Assembly: GCA_024704765.1 (NCBI GenBank)
Contig: JAKMXF010000221.1
Span: 186,001-250,000, forward strand
DNA from: Oopsacas minuta
Taxonomy: Eukaryota > Animalia > Porifera
Direction of reading: 5' to 3'
DNA: 64,000 bases
The position numbers and the translations under genes are program-made. A model generated the notes under the pieces. The model was not told where the DNA came from. It did not search any database and was given only the letters and a program-made list of their open reading frames with translations. Shown here in pieces: positions 41,101-53,483 of the stretch (position 1 is the first letter of the stretch; each line of letters opens with the position of its first letter).

Positions 41101-41264
41101 TTCTATATTCTATGTGTACAGTCTGAGTTTAGACATATTTATATTTAGAATTTAGTAGTTATAAAAGTATAGTTTTTGAGATTTGAGTACGTATGATTTA
41201 TCGTTGTCATTTAATATGTTAGTTAATTTGTCATTTCTCTTGGCTATTTGGCTAGATACTACCG

Positions 41265-43041
41265 ATGGATCGTATAAAGAAGGTAAGCATTCTTAGAAAG
41301 GATTCTGCACCTCCTCTACCTGAACCCCGCCCTCTCAAAGATTTCCCTCGTCTGGCCAAGAATCCATTCCCTCTTCACGCAGCTGCCTACTCCGGAAACC
41401 TATCGGTACTGATGCATATTCTAGGAGAGGACAACTTCTTGGACAAGTATCCTCCGTTTGATCCCCATGGTGCATCTGTTATTCATCTAGCAGCTCAAAG
41501 TAACTCTGTTGAGACTCTACGCTGGCTCCTGGCTCAGAAGGACTACGAGCGAGTGAGTGGTGTCTACTGGTTGTCTGCTCTAGCTGTGGGGAGTGGTGGT
41601 GACACACCTGCACACGTAGCAGCTGTACGCGGTAATCTGGAGAGTTTCCAGGCCCTGTGGGAGAGCACTGAAGAGAAAATACTTCTAATGAAACCTGACA
41701 CTAACGGATTCTCTCCTCTACATCTAGCAGCTAGCAAGGGTCATGACAAAGTAAGATTAATTACTTATGTCTTTGAACATTTATATTATATTATTTGTAA
41801 AGATAGTAAGTTGGTTGATTAAACAGCTAAAACCAGATGCTTCTGACTTCTTCAAATCGGGGACTATTACAGCTTCACATATAGCAGCTATCAGAGGCTA
41901 TGTATCAGTAATAGCTGCTATAACAAAACACTACAAGCATCATTCTAACTTGAGAGATCAGAGTGGCTGTACTCCTGTATACTTTTCAGCTCAGGAGGGA
42001 CACTATGACTGTGTTAAACTGATGCTAGAGGAGTCAAAGGCAGATCCCACCATAGCCTCTGCTGACGGGATGACTTCTCTGCATGCTGCGGCTCAAGGAG
42101 GCAGTACTGAGGTCTGAAATCAAATTATGGTTTATTTTACAAATTTTATGACTATACATTTCAGGTTCTGCGGTATTTGACAAAGAAATGTGGCCAAGAG
42201 GCTCTCACTGTTCCCAGCTATAACGGCTCTACTGTTCTCCACTTTGCTTCATCTGGAGGTCACGAGGAAACTGTGAAGTACATTCTAGGAGCTGATAAGT
42301 CCGCTAAGCTACTACACACCAGGGACGTAGAGTCTGGTACTCCAGCTCATGACGCAGCTGAGAACGGACATGTGAACGTGCTTAGAATGCTGGTAGCAGC
42401 TGGCGCAGATATAAATGCTGTGGATAAGACCAAGGTATCTCCTTACCAGCTGGCAACACGGTGAGTACATCAATCTTAAAATAATAGTGCGAATGTAATT
42501 TACAATTCCACTCTAAAGTGATCGTGAGAATCCATGCTTCGATTTCGCTACCCAAGAAAAGCAGAGGATAGAAGCAATACATTTTCAGGATATAGTAGAA
42601 ACTACCACAGAGAGAGTTGTGGTTGCAGAAGGGAATAAGATTGATATCAAGAGTCGTAACAAGAGGAAATCAGCTGGAGATTATTACGAAGCTATTGTTA
42701 GGAAGCCTAAGAAAGATAGCGTAAGAGACAAAAGGAAATCTGCTCGTATGACAATTATGGCAGAGAGTGAGCTCACCTCTGAGAAGACGGAGTCTTTGCC
42801 TAAAGCTGTTCGTATCCGTCCTCTTTCTGTTCCGACGGGAGTAGCGCCTACCAAGGACGAACTGAGTAATGTATTCGACAAGATTCGTGGGAAGAAGAGA
42901 GACATCACTGCCCCTCAATTCCGGTCAGAGTCTGAAAGACACGGACTAGAAGGAGCTGGAAATGAGCTGAAAGATGTGCTCAGTAACAGGACCAAGAAAG
43001 CAGAGGTTCGTGGTGATACTGAACCAATTCCTGAGCAATGA
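41265..43041 (+). CDS. Espin/forked-like ankyrin-repeat protein; exons 41265-41750, 41803-42111, 42165-42460, 42519-43041
   Basis: About 9 ankyrin repeats including the espin-like GTPAHDAAENG. Phase-consistent introns and a charged C-terminal tail. Confidence 0.7.
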
Positions 43042-43448
43042 ATCGATAATTGTAACCCTAGCACTTAGTCATGTTATTTTTATCCTTTTTTACTCTTTAT
43101 TTTATTTATTTTATATGTCTTTTCTATTATTGACATCATCATAACGCCTATTATAAGTCGTTTGATTGCCAAGTAGCCTAAGAGTATGCCATTATTGCCA
43201 AATACAGTTTACTTTTTCATAGTAACGTACGTAACTCTTCTTTGCAATTATACCATATATGCATTTACCATATATCATGGAGTATAAGACTTACATGGAG
43301 AATACTACTTTCATTTTCCGCATATACATAATTCTAATACTTTTATATGTTATTAATACATAATATTAATTTTCAATTAGGCCAAGTGCTCTAATTATAT
43401 AAATTGTCGATTATGTTTGATTGAATTGAAATAACAAACTGAATCATA

Positions 43449-45281
43449 ATGTTCCTTCTAAGAGCTAAGAATACATACGGAGAGAAGAAGCAACCTGTCT
43501 ATCAAGTAAAAAAATATTCATGCTTGTATATTGCTTCTGTTGAAATGTTTATAAACCTAGGAGAGGATGTGTCTGTTATCAAGAAGACAGTTGATAGGAC
43601 TGTGCATAATCTTAACCTTAAAACTCTTACGGGTGAACCTGTCCAACTCGTACTAAATGAGAACGGTATTATAGTGCAAGAACACAAATATAAAGACAGT
43701 CAAGCTAATGACGTATTGATGGCACACGCTCTAAAGCGTATTTGTTACACAACCTCTTTTCCTAAGAAAAGGATTTATGTGTTTGTATCACGTCTACCTC
43801 AAGAGGAGCGGGTCTTCTCTCACTTCTTCTTAATGCAAGACAAAAGTACTGGAGATAAAATCATTAAAGAGCTTTCCAATGCATTCACGAATGCTTTTAA
43901 AACAAAGAAGAGAAAAACTCTTGAAAAAGACCATCGTCGTAACCTGCGTGCTAAACATCCAGTAGCTCCTGCTCCACTACCTCTACAAGCTCCTAAACCA
44001 CAAGCATCTCCTAAGAAGAAGAAGAATAATCCTCCACCTCAAGATCAATTCGTCCCTCCTCCCCCTTATGTAGATGTTCTCTCTAATCAGGATCAAATGT
44101 TCCAGGAGTTTGATATAATCAGTCCAGTTAACACCCCGTCTGCTCCTCCTCTATCTATTACACCAACTGGACCTGGCGCTTTCTTTATAGACAACGCCTT
44201 CCCTCTACAGCAAGCACAAGCTCTTCCTGCATATCGTAATGACCCATTTATTCCACAACATGCTGAACCTCTCTATGTCGATGATCCATTCGTATCCCAA
44301 CAGGATCCTTTCGCACCCCAGCGGGACCCTTTCGCTCCCCAACGGGAGAATTTCGCTCAAATTGACATCCAACAGGACCCATTTTCACAGTTTCAAATAT
44401 TTCCTGATTCTCCTAACCGCAATGGTTGTGATGCAATGGAAGCTTCAGATGGCTTACCTTCTTATAATAGTTATAATAAAGAATTCCATCTGGGGCATCA
44501 GGTATCTAAGGATGACTTACTTATAGATCTCACATCACCAGAACACATACCAGCTCCCTCCGGTAGATTATTGAGATCTCTCTCTACCTCTAATGTACTA
44601 GAAGAAGTTAGAAGTGATAGTCCCCCTTTCTTACCTCCTGCTTATCAACCTCCAGAACATGTAGAACCTATTCCCGATATCCCTACTAACCATCAGGAGA
44701 CAGCTGCTTCTCATTTCAGATCTCGTATAGGTAATCAAAATGAACAAGCTACCAGACCTAAATCTGGAATATATCCCTCTCTTTCAGCTGGTTTGGAAAG
44801 GAATAGCTTCGTAGAACCATTCAATGCTGCTGATCAGTCTCATGGATTTTCTTACCAAGATGAGCATTACGCGTTGGCCAATGAACCCTGGTTCCAAGAG
44901 GGTCTCCCCCGCGATATTATCATTGAACTCCTTAAAGATCAGAAACAGGGTGCGTTCTTCATTCGAGAGTCTCTTTCCCAACCCGGCAAACTTGCCCTCT
45001 CAGTCAAAGGGAGTAACAATGTAATCCACTTCCTTATTGATAAGTCTAGGAAAGGCTACAGTGTTGAAAACGATAAGCTCTTCTTTCCTAGCATATCTCT
45101 ATTAGTTATGCACCACTCTATTAACAGAGGAGTTCTGCCTTGCACCTTAACTGTTGGTGATTCTAATCCCGCTTATCTGAGGGCTGACCATCTGGAGAGT
45201 TCAGACTCCGAGGCTGAGGGGGAGGATCCTATCTACACCACCTACGCACTTACTGGCTCTATGAATGTACAGCAACACTAG
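43449..45281 (+). CDS. PTB-domain + proline/DPF-rich linker + SH2-domain adaptor (SH2D5-like)
   Basis: N-terminal PTB-like fold (YSCLYIASV...ALKRICY...VFSHFF...LSNAF) and C-terminal SH2 (EPWFQEGLPRDI...GAFFIRES...ALSV). Confidence 0.8.
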   Translation: MFLLRAKNTYGEKKQPVYQVKKYSCLYIASVEMFINLGEDVSVIKKTVDRTVHNLNLKTLTGEPVQLVLNENGIIVQEHKYKDSQANDVLMAHALKRICYTTSFPKKRIYVFVSRLPQEERVFSHFFLMQDKSTGDKIIKELSNAFTNAFKTKKRKTLEKDHRRNLRAKHPVAPAPLPLQAPKPQASPKKKKNNPPPQDQFVPPPPYVDVLSNQDQMFQEFDIISPVNTPSAPPLSITPTGPGAFFIDNAFPLQQAQALPAYRNDPFIPQHAEPLYVDDPFVSQQDPFAPQRDPFAPQRENFAQIDIQQDPFSQFQIFPDSPNRNGCDAMEASDGLPSYNSYNKEFHLGHQVSKDDLLIDLTSPEHIPAPSGRLLRSLSTSNVLEEVRSDSPPFLPPAYQPPEHVEPIPDIPTNHQETAASHFRSRIGNQNEQATRPKSGIYPSLSAGLERNSFVEPFNAADQSHGFSYQDEHYALANEPWFQEGLPRDIIIELLKDQKQGAFFIRESLSQPGKLALSVKGSNNVIHFLIDKSRKGYSVENDKLFFPSISLLVMHHSINRGVLPCTLTVGDSNPAYLRADHLESSDSEAEGEDPIYTTYALTGSMNVQQH

Positions 45282-45596
45282 CAGACTAGATTAGCCCTGC
45301 ATTCATTATAGAAATTTCCCTTCCCTGAAGATTCTTACTGAGTGTTGATTACTCATTATTTATATGTAGATTTAGCATATATAGTGTATATCTGTTAAGA
45401 AGCCTCTGATAATTGTATATAGTTATTTCAGTCTAGCATGGTTGTATATGTCGATAGTTAATTAATGTATTGACAACTTTTATTATTTATTTCACAGCTG
45501 ATAGAGCCTCACAAACGGTAACTTACTCGGCTACTATTTATCGAATAATAATATTTTTAGTATTTTATTAAATTCTAAAATTCTATTACTGGCCCG

Positions 45597-48500
45597 ATGG
45601 ATTACACTTCGGATCGAGCTCGTGTTGAACAACATGTTGCTCGGATGATGAATACCGTACAGACTGCAGAAGAACGTACTCAGCGAGCTTATGCTATTGC
45701 TCAAATGTATGCAAAAGTAGAGGACTACGACAAGGCTCTATCATATGTTGACATGTATCTGACAACTCACCATAATGAAGCTGGTGCATTCTATTTCAGA
45801 GGAGTTATTCTGGAGAAGCAGGGTAGACTACAAGACGCTGTTGCAGCATTTACGAACTCGCTAAGTTTGAAACCAAAACAAAAAGAAATAATTCTCAAGG
45901 TAGGAATTAGTTGAATACGAAAATCCGTATATTCTTTTGAACGTTTATATACGTTACACTCTTCTCTTAGATATGTGAAGTGGTTTGCTGTCTTGACAAG
46001 CCTTCAGAGGTACAGCTCTCTAAGTGGTTTGAACAGGCAAAACTTGTCGGAGCTCCTCTGAGATTACTCCAGTCTCTGGAAGAAAAACTAGCTCAATGTC
46101 GACAAGACGTACACACACTAGATAGACTATATCAAGAGCAACATAAGAAAGCTCCTGATAACCTACATGTTATTGAGAAGATGGTTAATCTTAAACTATC
46201 TCTGGGAGACCTCAAGGCCGCTAAGCTCCTGGTGGACCATATTAATTCACGAATCTCTCAGGCATCTGATAATCTAACTTGGATTCAGCTGAGCTATGGA
46301 GTATATTACAGAGCATACGTTAGGTACTGGTCTTTGTAGATTTATTTAATACTTCTAGAATGTTTTATGTGTTTATTTTTATTTATTAGTTGTCAGGCAG
46401 AAGGCATGTTAGCAGAACAAGTATCGCTCTTATTTGGGATGTTAACTTTCTTGAGCAGTATATTTTTCATAAAACTATCTATTTCAGACGATAAAGAGGT
46501 GAGAGATGATTTGCGACGTTTTGACTCTCACCTCTCAGCCCTGCACTCTGCTCTTGAGAAGTTTCCTAGTTCTCCTCAGAGACAGCCCTATCAGCTGAGA
46601 TTCATAGAGAAATTCGCTCTCTTCTATCAGATGGCGGCTTTTTTGCTATTTAAACTAGCTTATGATCAGATTCTAAATCTTGATGAGATGTTACAACTAG
46701 CAGCTGTTTGTCTATCTATATCATTTTCTATCACACCCCCGACTACACACGAAGATTCACCAGACGGACTACTTAGAGTAACTAAAGCTAACTGTAGGAT
46801 GTGTATAGTAGGTTATCTACTGGCAGCTCTCACCAGACTTAATGGACAAGATTGGCTTAAGAGGATAGTAAAGCCTAAAATTAGTAGTGAAGGTTTATCC
46901 AGGATTATTGAGGTAAGTACAACTCATTACATACTTTATTATCACATTCATTTAGCATAATTATTTCCTTATACTCTCAGGTATTACAACTACAGGTAAC
47001 TAGACAGACTCCTAGTTGCATACGTCTTCTTATGATTGATATCACACAAGTTTCATGTGCCCCTCCCTCACGTAGTCATCTCTCTCGGTACCATGAGGCA
47101 TATATCAGAGATAATTTGTCTCAGCTCCCCTCTCTTATGTGGCTGTGTCTAGCAGAGATTTCTGCATATGGAGGTTTCCCTTCTTTGCCTCAACTGTTTG
47201 CTTACTCTGAGCAAAGATGCAAATCTTTCCCTGATGGGAGTGAAGATCTTAGCAGGTCGGATTTCTCCAGTTGTTCACGAATGGATATTGAAGCATTTTT
47301 ATACTTGTCTTTGTATGAAACGCGACAGTTTGACACTACAGTTGGGGATAGTAATATTGTCTTACTCCCTATTGTCCTACACAAGCTAAAAGTTCTTGAG
47401 TCTAGATGTAACTTCTGGAATTCTCTCCACATCCTTGACAGAGCTAGTAGTAATCCTCTTTTAATGATTAAAGAAGCATCAAAACATAAAACAACAGTAG
47501 AGAAGGGACTTGTGTCTATCCGATGCCTCAAGAAGATGGAACTCTCTACTCCAATCATTTTCAATATGGCAAAAGCCTTTGAACACCGACTCTCTAATTG
47601 TTCCATTGGCTCTCCTGGCTATTCAGAAGACAGACAAACCATGCTATTAGCTAGAAGTGAGTTGTATTGGAATGAGGCATTGAGACGTGTACAATTGAAT
47701 GAGGCTGGAGTAAGCTCTCTCAGAGATGATTCTATACCTGAGCATCTAGCTACTAAGTTATTGTCCCTTCAGGGGAAGCAGGCTGGAGAGGGTTTGAGTG
47801 AGGAGGATAGGAATAAGATAAAATCACAAGCTGAAATGGCTTTAGCTGATATTGCTCTGCACAGGAATCACATACTGAAAGCTATCACTCTATATGAGAA
47901 AGTAGACCTGCCTTCTGCCGGATTTAATCATGCACAACTCCTTAAACACATTGCTCTGTTAGGGAACCCGCATATCTTATCCGGTGCACATGCCCCTCCT
48001 CCTACCACATACGATCTCCTCGTTAGGGCCCAATCAATACTCGCTGAGTGGAGTTGCAGAAATGAAGTGAAACAAGACACTCAACTTTTGCAGCGATTTC
48101 AAACAGAATTAGAGAATTTGGATAAATCTATTCAGGACCATAAACCTATAGAACCAAAGACAGACTACATTAATAACAGATTCCCTGAAGATGAGAGCTT
48201 TAAGGAATTAAGTAATAATTATCATTCAAACAGTTTTAACCAAGCATATGAACAAGCATCTGCTCCTCCCTTCCCCTTTCCTCCTCAATCAGCTGGGCCA
48301 ATCATTTCCACCTCATCTCCCAAAAAAATGGCGAATGGGACTACTTCTGGTCTTGTTGAGAGCACTATGAGTAAAGACGACCAAATCTTACAGTTGCAGT
48401 TAAAGTACGAAAGGACGTTACTGTGTCTGAAACAGCGTGATGATGTCATCTCAGATTTGTCTAAGATGAATGTAGAGTTGAGAGGAATTGTACAGAATTT

Positions 48501-51500
48501 ACAATACTACTTCACTGACCAGAAGGTATTATTCAAGAATCCTAAAGACCCAGAGAATGCTATCCTCCGTCCAGAGGATCTAGATAATTTGCCGACCCCT
48601 GATGTCCCTTCTACTGTCCACAATCTGAGTGGACGGAACCTCTCTATCTCAAATAACAGTCCGCAATACCCATTTAACAACTCATCCTCCTCTAACAAGA
48701 CTCCTATAAATACTTCCCATAGATCATTAATAGACAGCTATCATCCTGGTATGAATCAAGATTCTCACGTATCTCCTCGATCCCTAGCGAATCAATCAAA
48801 CAGAGATTTTGATTTTGGATACGACGATTCACCTCAATCTGCTAGACAGATGTTATCCCTTAAGACTAAACCACAACCACAAATAGTAGAACCAGCTAAT
48901 CCATTTGCTAACCTACAGTTAGTGGGCGGATCTAATCCCAAACCTGGAGCACCAAATACATCAGCTCCCTTCCGACTAAATTTTCAAACTCCTGGCACTC
49001 GTGGGTCTGACACAGACAGCAAACAGTCTCCTATAAAACAAGCTAGCTCCCCGGCTAGAGGAGAGAAAAATACGAATAGATCAACAGACGAATTTGTGTG
49101 CACTGCTGAGCACGAGGCCTTGGTAGATCTACCGCTAATTAAGACAGAGACTGGAGAGGAAAATGAAGATATTTTGTTCTGTAAAAGAGGTAAACTGTTC
49201 AGATTCAGAGATGGAAAGTGGGCAGAGAAGGGAACTGGAGATATGAAAGTTCTCAAAAAACATCACGAGCATAAATTTAGATTGCTTATGCGACGTGACG
49301 TAGTTATGAAGGTATGCTGTAATCATCTGATTCTGACAACTTTAGATTTGAAGCCTCAGTCACAATCTGAAAGAAGTGTAACTTGGACAACCCATGCAGA
49401 CTTTTCTGAGGAAGGACCTCCAGAATCTATTACTCTAGCTATCCGATTCAAAACTTCTGAGATAAGGGATGAGTTCATTAAAGTTGTTGACAAGTGTAAA
49501 CAAACTCTTAAGAACTCATTACTACCTCGATCATCTCCTAATAGCGTCACACAATCTGTCAAGTCAACAGCCAGCAGTACACCAAAGCAACATGTAACTA
49601 CAACTGGTCCTCAGACAGCTAGCCGTCCTGTGTGTATGGAATTTGGTCCTCAATTAGAAATTCCTCAAACTATCGACCGCCCACAAAAAAATTACTCTGA
49701 TTCAGATTCAGATTCGGACACAGAATATCTTTCCAATTCAGATAACGAGGCTACTGACGTCTTAAAGGGCCCTTTAAAAATAGCTAGTAGCTCTGAAGAA
49801 CAGATTCTCTTCCAGGAAAAAGCGTCTATTATCGTGAGCCAGTCTGGAGAAATAAAAGATCTAAAACGTATGCAGGTTAGAGTAACAGGAGACCCAGACA
49901 TAGCAAAGTACAGGCTCCTTATTCACGAGCAAGATAATAGCGATATGTTGTGTGACCATGAAATACGTAGTAATATCGATCTCAAACCGTACGCCACTCA
50001 AAAGGGCGACAAGTCTTGGTGTTTAGCTGTGAATCAAATTAATGATCCATCGAAAAAGAGTAGATTCATTCTGCGTTTTACTTCTTCTGCTGTATCAGCT
50101 AAATTTAACGGTGTCATACAAGAGTGTATTAATGAAATTAAGAGTACGACAAAGTCTAATTCATTAGCAAACATATCAGAGAAAGAAATACTATTTTCTA
50201 ATAATGAATTTGGAACGCAATCAAATACGAGTACAATATTCGGAATGGAAGCACTTCCTGGATTCACGTTTGGTAGTAGTTTTCATGATTCTATTCCACT
50301 CGTGACTAGTAGTGGGAGTAATTTTGGTTCATTCGTCACTCCATCTATTCCTGCTGTTCCTACAGCAACTAGCAAAGATAAGGAAGAGATAAATACATCG
50401 CAAGGGAACAATTCTTATGAAGCAGATCCCTATTTCGAGCCTGTTGTGGTCCTTCCTACACTAACTGAGTTGAAGACTGGTGAAGAGGGAGAGGTAGTCC
50501 TGTTTTTCCAGAGAGCTAGGCTATTCCGTTTGATAAATAAAGAGTGGAAAGAGAGAGGTGTAGGGGAGCTTAAAATCTTACATACTCCAAACACAGGGAA
50601 GCATAGGATAATAATGAGAAGAGACGTAGTTAAGAAATTGTGTTGCAACCATTATATAACTTCTGAGATGGCAGTGAAGAAGAATCAGAAAAATGAGAAA
50701 ATATGCAATTGGTTCACCACAGCTGACTATTCTGAAGAAACTCCACAGCCCCAACAACTCGCTGCTCGGTTCAAAACAGTGGAAATCGCAGCTGAGTTCA
50801 TAGAGATGTTCCAGAAATGTTTAACTGAGATAAAGACAGCTCCTTCTCCCAAACTTCATTCCCCTTATACAGAATCCAAACCCAAGCCTCCTGTAATTGA
50901 CCCTAAGTCTGAACCTAGTAAAGAATTAGATGATGTAATTATAATTTCAGTAAGTCAACCCACAGAAGATCAAGTGAGGAAAGCAAGGGAACTGATGCTA
51001 CCTGATTATTTCTATTTATATGAGAATAAGCCTGCCTGTCCAGGGTGTCGTGGTTGTGAGGAAGAAGATGATCCTATTCAACACTCTACTGCGGTAGAAG
51101 CAGAAGTTATTAAGCCAATATTTAACCAAGCCAGAGTAGAACCGCGAGCTGATATTCCTTATCAAGCTGGTTCTATATTTAGAGGGAATTTGAACCTAAA
51201 CCTAAGTTCATTCTCTTCTATTGTTTCCACTGAATCATCAAGCTTTAAGACAAGTTCTGGAAATCCTTTTGCTAAATGTGCTAAGCCGTTATTTAATCAA
51301 GATAAACAGGCAGATACAGACTCGGCTCCTTATGAACCTGATGCTCACTACAAGCCATTGGTACAATTACCGGAGTTGGAAGAGAGAAAAACTGGAGAAG
51401 AAGATGATAAAGTCTTATACACCAATAGATGTATACTGTTTAGATACGTGGATAAGGAATGGAAGGAGAGAGGCAGGGGAGAGATTAAGATTCTGCATAA

Positions 51501-52812
51501 TCCTGATACAAACAAATATAGAGTATTAATGCGTAGAGATATTGTAAAGAAAATATGTTGTAATCACAATATCACTAATGAAATGAAGCTAAAGTATCTT
51601 ATGAATAATGATAAAACCTTGCTATGGCAGACATATGCAGACTACAGTGAAGGGTCACCCCAGAGTGAGCAACTCAGTGCTCGATTTAAGAAACCTGCAA
51701 TTGCTAATGAGTTCAAGGAAATATTTGAAAACTGTCAGGAAGAAATAATGAATCAGACATTGATCCCTTCTCAGACATTAGCCCCAACACAACAACCAGA
51801 TAGTGCTGATGTATCTCCTGTAGAAGATGTAATTGAGAGTAAACAAGAGTCTCATACAGAATCTACTACCAATGGACTTACCTGTAGTACTGATAGCAAA
51901 TCTGCCTCTGATAAAATTGAAACAGTTGAAAGTGAATCAGAGCAAGATGATGACGTCATATTTATCCCTCCTAAGGAACCAACACCTGAACAGATTGCCT
52001 TAATAGAAGAGTTCAAATTACCCAGATACTTCTATTCGTATGAAGATAAGCCTGATTGCAAGGGCTGTCGTGGCTGTGAGAGTAACTACGAGATTGTATA
52101 TGAGAAAGATAGACCTGATCAATGTCGAGCTACTGACGATGTCGTGCAAGCACTTAGAGATGCTAGTGAGGATATATCTCTCCCTAAGATAGGAGCTGCC
52201 GAGACGTCTATTTTCGGTCCTCAGCCTGATGGTCTAGTCTCTTTCACAGATGTAGCTCAATCAACCTCTGTACAAGGGTTTACTGGGCAAGGAAACCATT
52301 TTAAATCTTTTGCTAGACCACTTTTTGTACATACCTCTAAGGAGGGAGAGGAATCTGGACAGTACGAACCAGATGCTCACTTTAAACCTATTGTAGATTT
52401 GCCAGAAATTCAAGACATTAAAACTGGAGAAGAAGGAGAAAATATTATTTTTAAAGGTCGTACTACTCTATACAGGTTCACGGATAGTCAATGGAAAGAG
52501 AAAGGGAAAGGAGAGATGAAGATCCTCCACAACAAGGAGACTGATAAGTATCGACTACTTATGCGTCGTGATAAAGTAAAGAAGATTTGTTGTAATCATT
52601 TTATCGCACAAGGAATGGTTCTAAATCCCCTTCAGAAATCTGAGAGCAGCTGGGTATGGTATACTAATGCAGACTTTTCAGAGGAGACTCATCGCCCTGA
52701 AACTCTTACTGTTCGGTTTAGTAAGGCTGAAGTAGGGAAAGAGTTCAAAGAAGTATTTGATAGATGCGTTGCCATACTTAACCAAAGGAGAAATGATTCC
52801 TTAAGCATTTGA
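45597..52812 (+). CDS. RANBP2: RanBP2/Nup358-like nucleoporin; exons about 45597-45899, 45971-46323, 46390-46912, 46981-52812
   Basis: N-terminal TPR, leucine-rich region, FG-type segments, four canonical Ran-binding domains (KTGEE.E...LFR...WKERG.G...RRD...CCNH), one degenerate one, and two CxGCRGC motifs. Confidence 0.9.
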
Positions 52813-53483
52813 ATTTTAAATCTTTTATTCTTTACAGTAGCTTACTTATATCGCTCTTTTCTCGATTTCCTTCTTAATTAACCAATAGGATGAATCTTAC
52901 GTTCACCTCCTCCATCCCCTTATCAACATTCTTGATTCACTCTTAGGAAACTTCATACAGTTCATATATGCTTGTAGATTAATTTTGAAGTTTAATTAAC
53001 AGACTTTAATAAACTACACATTTCCACGGAAGTCCGTGACATTTATAATTAGATTCAGAATGATAATTCTCAGGTAATTCATCTATATTGAGTCAAATGG
53101 TTTTGTTTTGTTAATGTATTGATATCTTAGACTTTGGGTAATAGCGTATTTGTAAGTTACTGATGCTCTTTACATTATCTATATTAGTGAATAGTTTCGA
53201 TTACAGCCGCAGTTGATTTAGATTTCTAAAAATCCGCAATCACAGCCTAGTTACATATAAGTAAGCCTATTGATACTCATTTATGGTATTTATCTGAGCT
53301 GAGTTAATAATTTTGATTTGTTTACTTTCCATTATACTTTCTCAATTTGTGAGATTATTTGTGTAATTTACTAGCTTTCATAAGTGTTGATATTTTGCGA
53401 AAGAAGTCTTCAACTGGTAAGTTCATTGTTTATATTACATTGTATTTGAATTATTTTGTCGAATTGTTCACTTTAGTTTGAGT

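Noticed and set aside
41265-43041. Calling the ankyrin gene a true ESPN orthologue
   Set aside because: The ankyrin array is espin-like, but I could not recognise a WH2 or C-terminal actin-bundling module, so no symbol was assigned.
46390-46487. Possible GC-AG intron (AG|GCATGT ... tttcAG) and 14-nt microexon in RanBP2
   Set aside because: The frame is also open without splicing, so the sequence alone cannot decide; RNA-seq is needed.
53025-53038. Palindrome CACGGA-AG-TCCGTG with an ETS-like ACGGAAGT core upstream of dynein
   Set aside because: It is too short to distinguish from chance, and I found no convincing RFX X-box.
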